Virus record (IMG/VR): IMGVR_UViG_3300025659_000020
Coordinates: 1-27,357 of that record
DNA: 27,357 nt
Source: a virus
Lineage: Duplodnaviria; Caudoviricetes
Strand: one strand, 5' to 3'
Shown here in pieces: positions 24,491-27,357 of this stretch. A program made the position numbers and the translations under genes. Position 1 is the stretch's first letter. Each line of letters starts with the position of its first letter. The notes beneath the pieces are model-generated. The model did no database searches and was not told the DNA's origin. It was given only the letters and a program-made list of their open reading frames with translations.

Positions 24491-25620
24491 TATATGAATT
24501 CCTTCCAAAAGTCTTTTCTGAATAGTGCTATCACTTTACGATTATATTTATCACCAAAACTTTCTCGGAATCCCATAATGTTTTTAATAAAACGTTCATC
24601 TTTTAAAGCTTTATAAATATGTGGTAGTTTATCAGTATCATCTAAAATACCCGTACAGTCTTGTGTCATACCAAGTTCACCCACATTGTCAATAAAAACT
24701 CCACAGTTTTTTCGTCCAAATATAACTTTTGGTATCCCAAAGTGTCCTTTCTTGTTTGTATTTGAATACCAAGTACATCCTATTTCATCACTTGTATTTA
24801 CATTCATAATACATGGGTATTTAAAATCAGCGGTTGGTTTATTTAACATTAAGTTTTCATTCTGTGTATGATATGAACAATCATATAAAATATTTACTCT
24901 TTCTTCACCATCGTTAGCAACCAACGAAAGTACTTCTTCTATATTACATTTAGGAATAAATGACATTTCTGAAATATCAATATTTACAATCGCTTCATCG
25001 ATATCAACTATCTGTGTTAAAAAGTTATCATTTTTTGTTTTTCTTAAACAATACCAATCATAATCAGTATATGCTCCAAATGTTTCAAACCCTTTCCTGT
25101 AATTGTTTATATTAAGGTATTGCATTTGATACCCCCTCAAAATGTGTTGAATGTTTTTAAAAGTACCACTCACATTTCGCCAACCACCTGGGTGTATTAA
25201 ACTAATGTAACCATCATCTTTACATACATCAACTGATTTTTTTACAAAGTATGGCCAAATTGCTTTACTTTTTTTATTACCATTCTTTAATTCATGATAT
25301 GGTGGATTACCTATTATTACATCAAATTTCATATTTTCTGTGTTCTCTTTACTATAAATATCAAATGTTCCGATTAAATCAAGTCCATTGATATATGATA
25401 AGTACATAGAATTTTCAGAATATCCAAACACTCTTTTTTTGATATTTTTATCAGAATGTCCAAAAGTTCTTAGTTTTTCTACTACTTGTTTTATAAATTG
25501 TCCACCTGCCATTTGTAAATCACAAAAGGTGGTGGTTTTACTTTCCCAAACATTATCTGGTATTTTGGATAACATTGGTGTGATTATTTCATTTATTTCA
25601 AATTTTAATCTTGACAACAT
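24490..25620 (-). CDS. Eco57I-like adenine methyltransferase catalytic and target-recognition part
   Basis: FDVIIGNPPY, W..FV, G.ISLIHP; degenerate motif I (FCDLQMAGGQF). Confidence 0.85.
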   Translation of the reverse strand: MLSRLKFEINEIITPMLSKIPDNVWESKTTTFCDLQMAGGQFIKQVVEKLRTFGHSDKNIKKRVFGYSENSMYLSYINGLDLIGTFDIYSKENTENMKFDVIIGNPPYHELKNGNKKSKAIWPYFVKKSVDVCKDDGYISLIHPGGWRNVSGTFKNIQHILRGYQMQYLNINNYRKGFETFGAYTDYDWYCLRKTKNDNFLTQIVDIDEAIVNIDISEMSFIPKCNIEEVLSLVANDGEERVNILYDCSYHTQNENLMLNKPTADFKYPCIMNVNTSDEIGCTWYSNTNKKGHFGIPKVIFGRKNCGVFIDNVGELGMTQDCTGILDDTDKLPHIYKALKDERFIKNIMGFRESFGDKYNRKVIALFRKDFWKEFI

Positions 25621-25647
25621 CTTTTAAATTTTAATCGTTTTATACTA

Positions 25648-25679
25648 TAAATATACGAAAAATAATCGAATTATCCTAA
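25648..25679 (-). promoter_or_regulatory. promoter copy (also contains TATTTA)
   Basis: Minus strand TTAGGATAATTCGATTATTTTTCGTATATTTA. Confidence 0.65.
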
Positions 25680-27357
25680 TTATTATGTAATAAATTTACC
25701 CAATTAATGTTTATTTTTCCTTGAAAAAACAGTTCCTTTATGATGTCATAACTAACACCAAATTCTGAACTAATGATATCTTCCCAAGCTTGTTCTTCAA
25801 ATACTCTAAAACAATCTTTAATGTTCTTTGCACCTAGTGGTTTTGCCGATTTTAACAGTATATCACTATTCTCATATATAGTCGTAAACATTTCACGTAC
25901 TCGTTGTTGTTCTTTTAAGTGTACATTTGGTGGGGTACTTAAATTTTTACGTTTCTTATTTGTTTCGGGTTCTTTTGTTTTGCCCATTTTTGCTGATTCG
26001 CGTGGTTCATTTCTAACATAATCAATGTTACCATTTGCGAGTGCTGAAATCATTTCTGGTGATAAATTATGAATATCTGTTTTCATTCCCATTACCTTTG
26101 AAATCGTTTTTCTTTTCAACGCCTCGGTTATAAATGTATCAACATCAACTTTAATTGAACCATCATCAGTACAAGTGAATATATCAATAGAACCTAGTAT
26201 TTTTTTCAATTCTGATTGAATATCTACCTCTGTTGATTTTTTTCCTTTTACCAAATTCAACGCGGTTTGGATAATCATTGTATCGAATTTATCATCACGG
26301 TTTGAATCAAATGATAATGAATAAATTTTACCCATTTTATCATCAACTGAATCATCTGGAGTTAACGCTCTACTCATTTTTTGAATAGTAGCTCCATTTT
26401 GTCCTTTATCATACGCCAAATACAATTCATCTAATTTTGCTACCGAAAATGAACGTTGTCCTATTTTCGATGATAAAATTAATATAGATTTATTTGGATT
26501 TTTGTACATCACCTCTTTAACATATTTCTCTGCTTTTTCTTGAGTGGTATGTTTACCATGTAATACCACTATTTCAAATTCAGGTAACGCTTGTTGTGAA
26601 ATTTGTCCGATAACATCTAACATTTCTCTACGAGTACCATCAGGAAAAAACATCATACTAACTCGTCTGCCCTCAAATGGCGGTATGGTTTGTAAATCAA
26701 CATTCAATGCTGGTAGATTGTGTTTTCCTTGAAATAATGATTGTAATACTCTGATATACCAACCCTTTGCTTTAATCGGGTGTTTAACGAATTTAGTCCA
26801 AGTTGGTAATGTTTTCATGACATCAGGTACTAGTCCTAATTTGATTGACTGATTAACCGATTCGATTAAATCCATTTGATAACACAATACCGATGGATAC
26901 GAAACATCACGTTTTATATCTTTGTTAAAGTGTGTTAATTTTAGTGGATTTGATTCTGATTTTTTATCTTGTTTTAATAAATTAACTGCGATTGTTTTTT
27001 GAACTAACAATTCGAAATAGGTAACTGATAACATATAATCAATATCCCATTCAGATACCGCTCTATCAGCGTTAGTTCCAGTCATTAAAAATAGAATATC
27101 ATCATCATCAATTGCATCCTTTAATGGTTGAACTTGGTTCTTTCTATGAGCACCAAAATCAGCTTCGTCCACAATTACAAGACGTTGTACCTTTAATCCA
27201 AATAGAAAATCAATTCGTGATTGTCGTTTGCTTCCATTACAAAGTGAAAAATAAACAAATATTTTTTGTTTTTTTCGTAATGCCACTGAGATTTGTTCTT
27301 GATACGTATCATCATCACAATTAATGTGAACGATGTCTCGAAATTGTTCGAATGATG
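25676..27357 (-). CDS. SF2 helicase-like protein (restriction Res-type), 5'-partial
   Basis: VIVDEADFG (motif II), MTGT (III), QKMSRALT (VI-like); the frame stays open from 27286 to the window end. Confidence 0.7.
   Translation of the reverse strand, partial: SFEQFRDIVHINCDDDTYQEQISVALRKKQKIFVYFSLCNGSKRQSRIDFLFGLKVQRLVIVDEADFGAHRKNQVQPLKDAIDDDDILFLMTGTNADRAVSEWDIDYMLSVTYFELLVQKTIAVNLLKQDKKSESNPLKLTHFNKDIKRDVSYPSVLCYQMDLIESVNQSIKLGLVPDVMKTLPTWTKFVKHPIKAKGWYIRVLQSLFQGKHNLPALNVDLQTIPPFEGRRVSMMFFPDGTRREMLDVIGQISQQALPEFEIVVLHGKHTTQEKAEKYVKEVMYKNPNKSILILSSKIGQRSFSVAKLDELYLAYDKGQNGATIQKMSRALTPDDSVDDKMGKIYSLSFDSNRDDKFDTMIIQTALNLVKGKKSTEVDIQSELKKILGSIDIFTCTDDGSIKVDVDTFITEALKRKTISKVMGMKTDIHNLSPEMISALANGNIDYVRNEPRESAKMGKTKEPETNKKRKNLSTPPNVHLKEQQRVREMFTTIYENSDILLKSAKPLGAKNIKDCFRVFEEQAWEDIISSEFGVSYDIIKELFFQGKININWVNLLHNN

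Noticed and set aside
1476-27324. All plus-strand ORFs in the track (e.g. 7830..8564, 9497..9928, 16964..17416)
   Set aside because: They are antisense shadows of well-supported minus-strand genes and have no recognisable motifs
1-27357. tRNA, rRNA or CRISPR arrays
   Set aside because: None recognised; intergenic gaps are short and explained by promoters or small ORFs

Overview
AT-rich 27 kb segment of a large dsDNA tailed phage with a T4-like replisome, probably infecting Bacteroidetes judging by a repeated TTAGG-N-TCGTATCTTT(G/A) promoter. All credible genes are on the minus strand. Replication and nucleotide genes: split family B DNA polymerase, sliding clamp, both clamp loader subunits, PD-(D/E)XK exonuclease, ThyA, IMPDH/GMPR, GroES, SNase-like nuclease. 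Probable DNA-modification genes: four methyltransferase-like genes, a glycosyltransferase, DUF4338, an AsnB-like amidotransferase, a GNAT, an HD hydrolase and a restriction-type helicase. Four main oddities. (1) PolB is in three pieces, and its catalytic YIDTDS motif is interrupted by exactly TAA-ATG directly after a 13-bp hairpin, a candidate programmed ribosomal stop-hop; it also has intein-remnant-like tails and a probable AUU start. (2) A two-gene mobile cassette (promoter, MGRKKKY leader peptide, overlapping endonuclease) occurs four times with interchangeable nuclease families. (3) One cassette copy appears to have captured a ~1.5 kb thyA fragment. (4) PIP-box-like aromatic termini occur on many modification enzymes, suggesting clamp-tethered DNA hypermodification. 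Family calls come from motif recognition by eye, not database searches.
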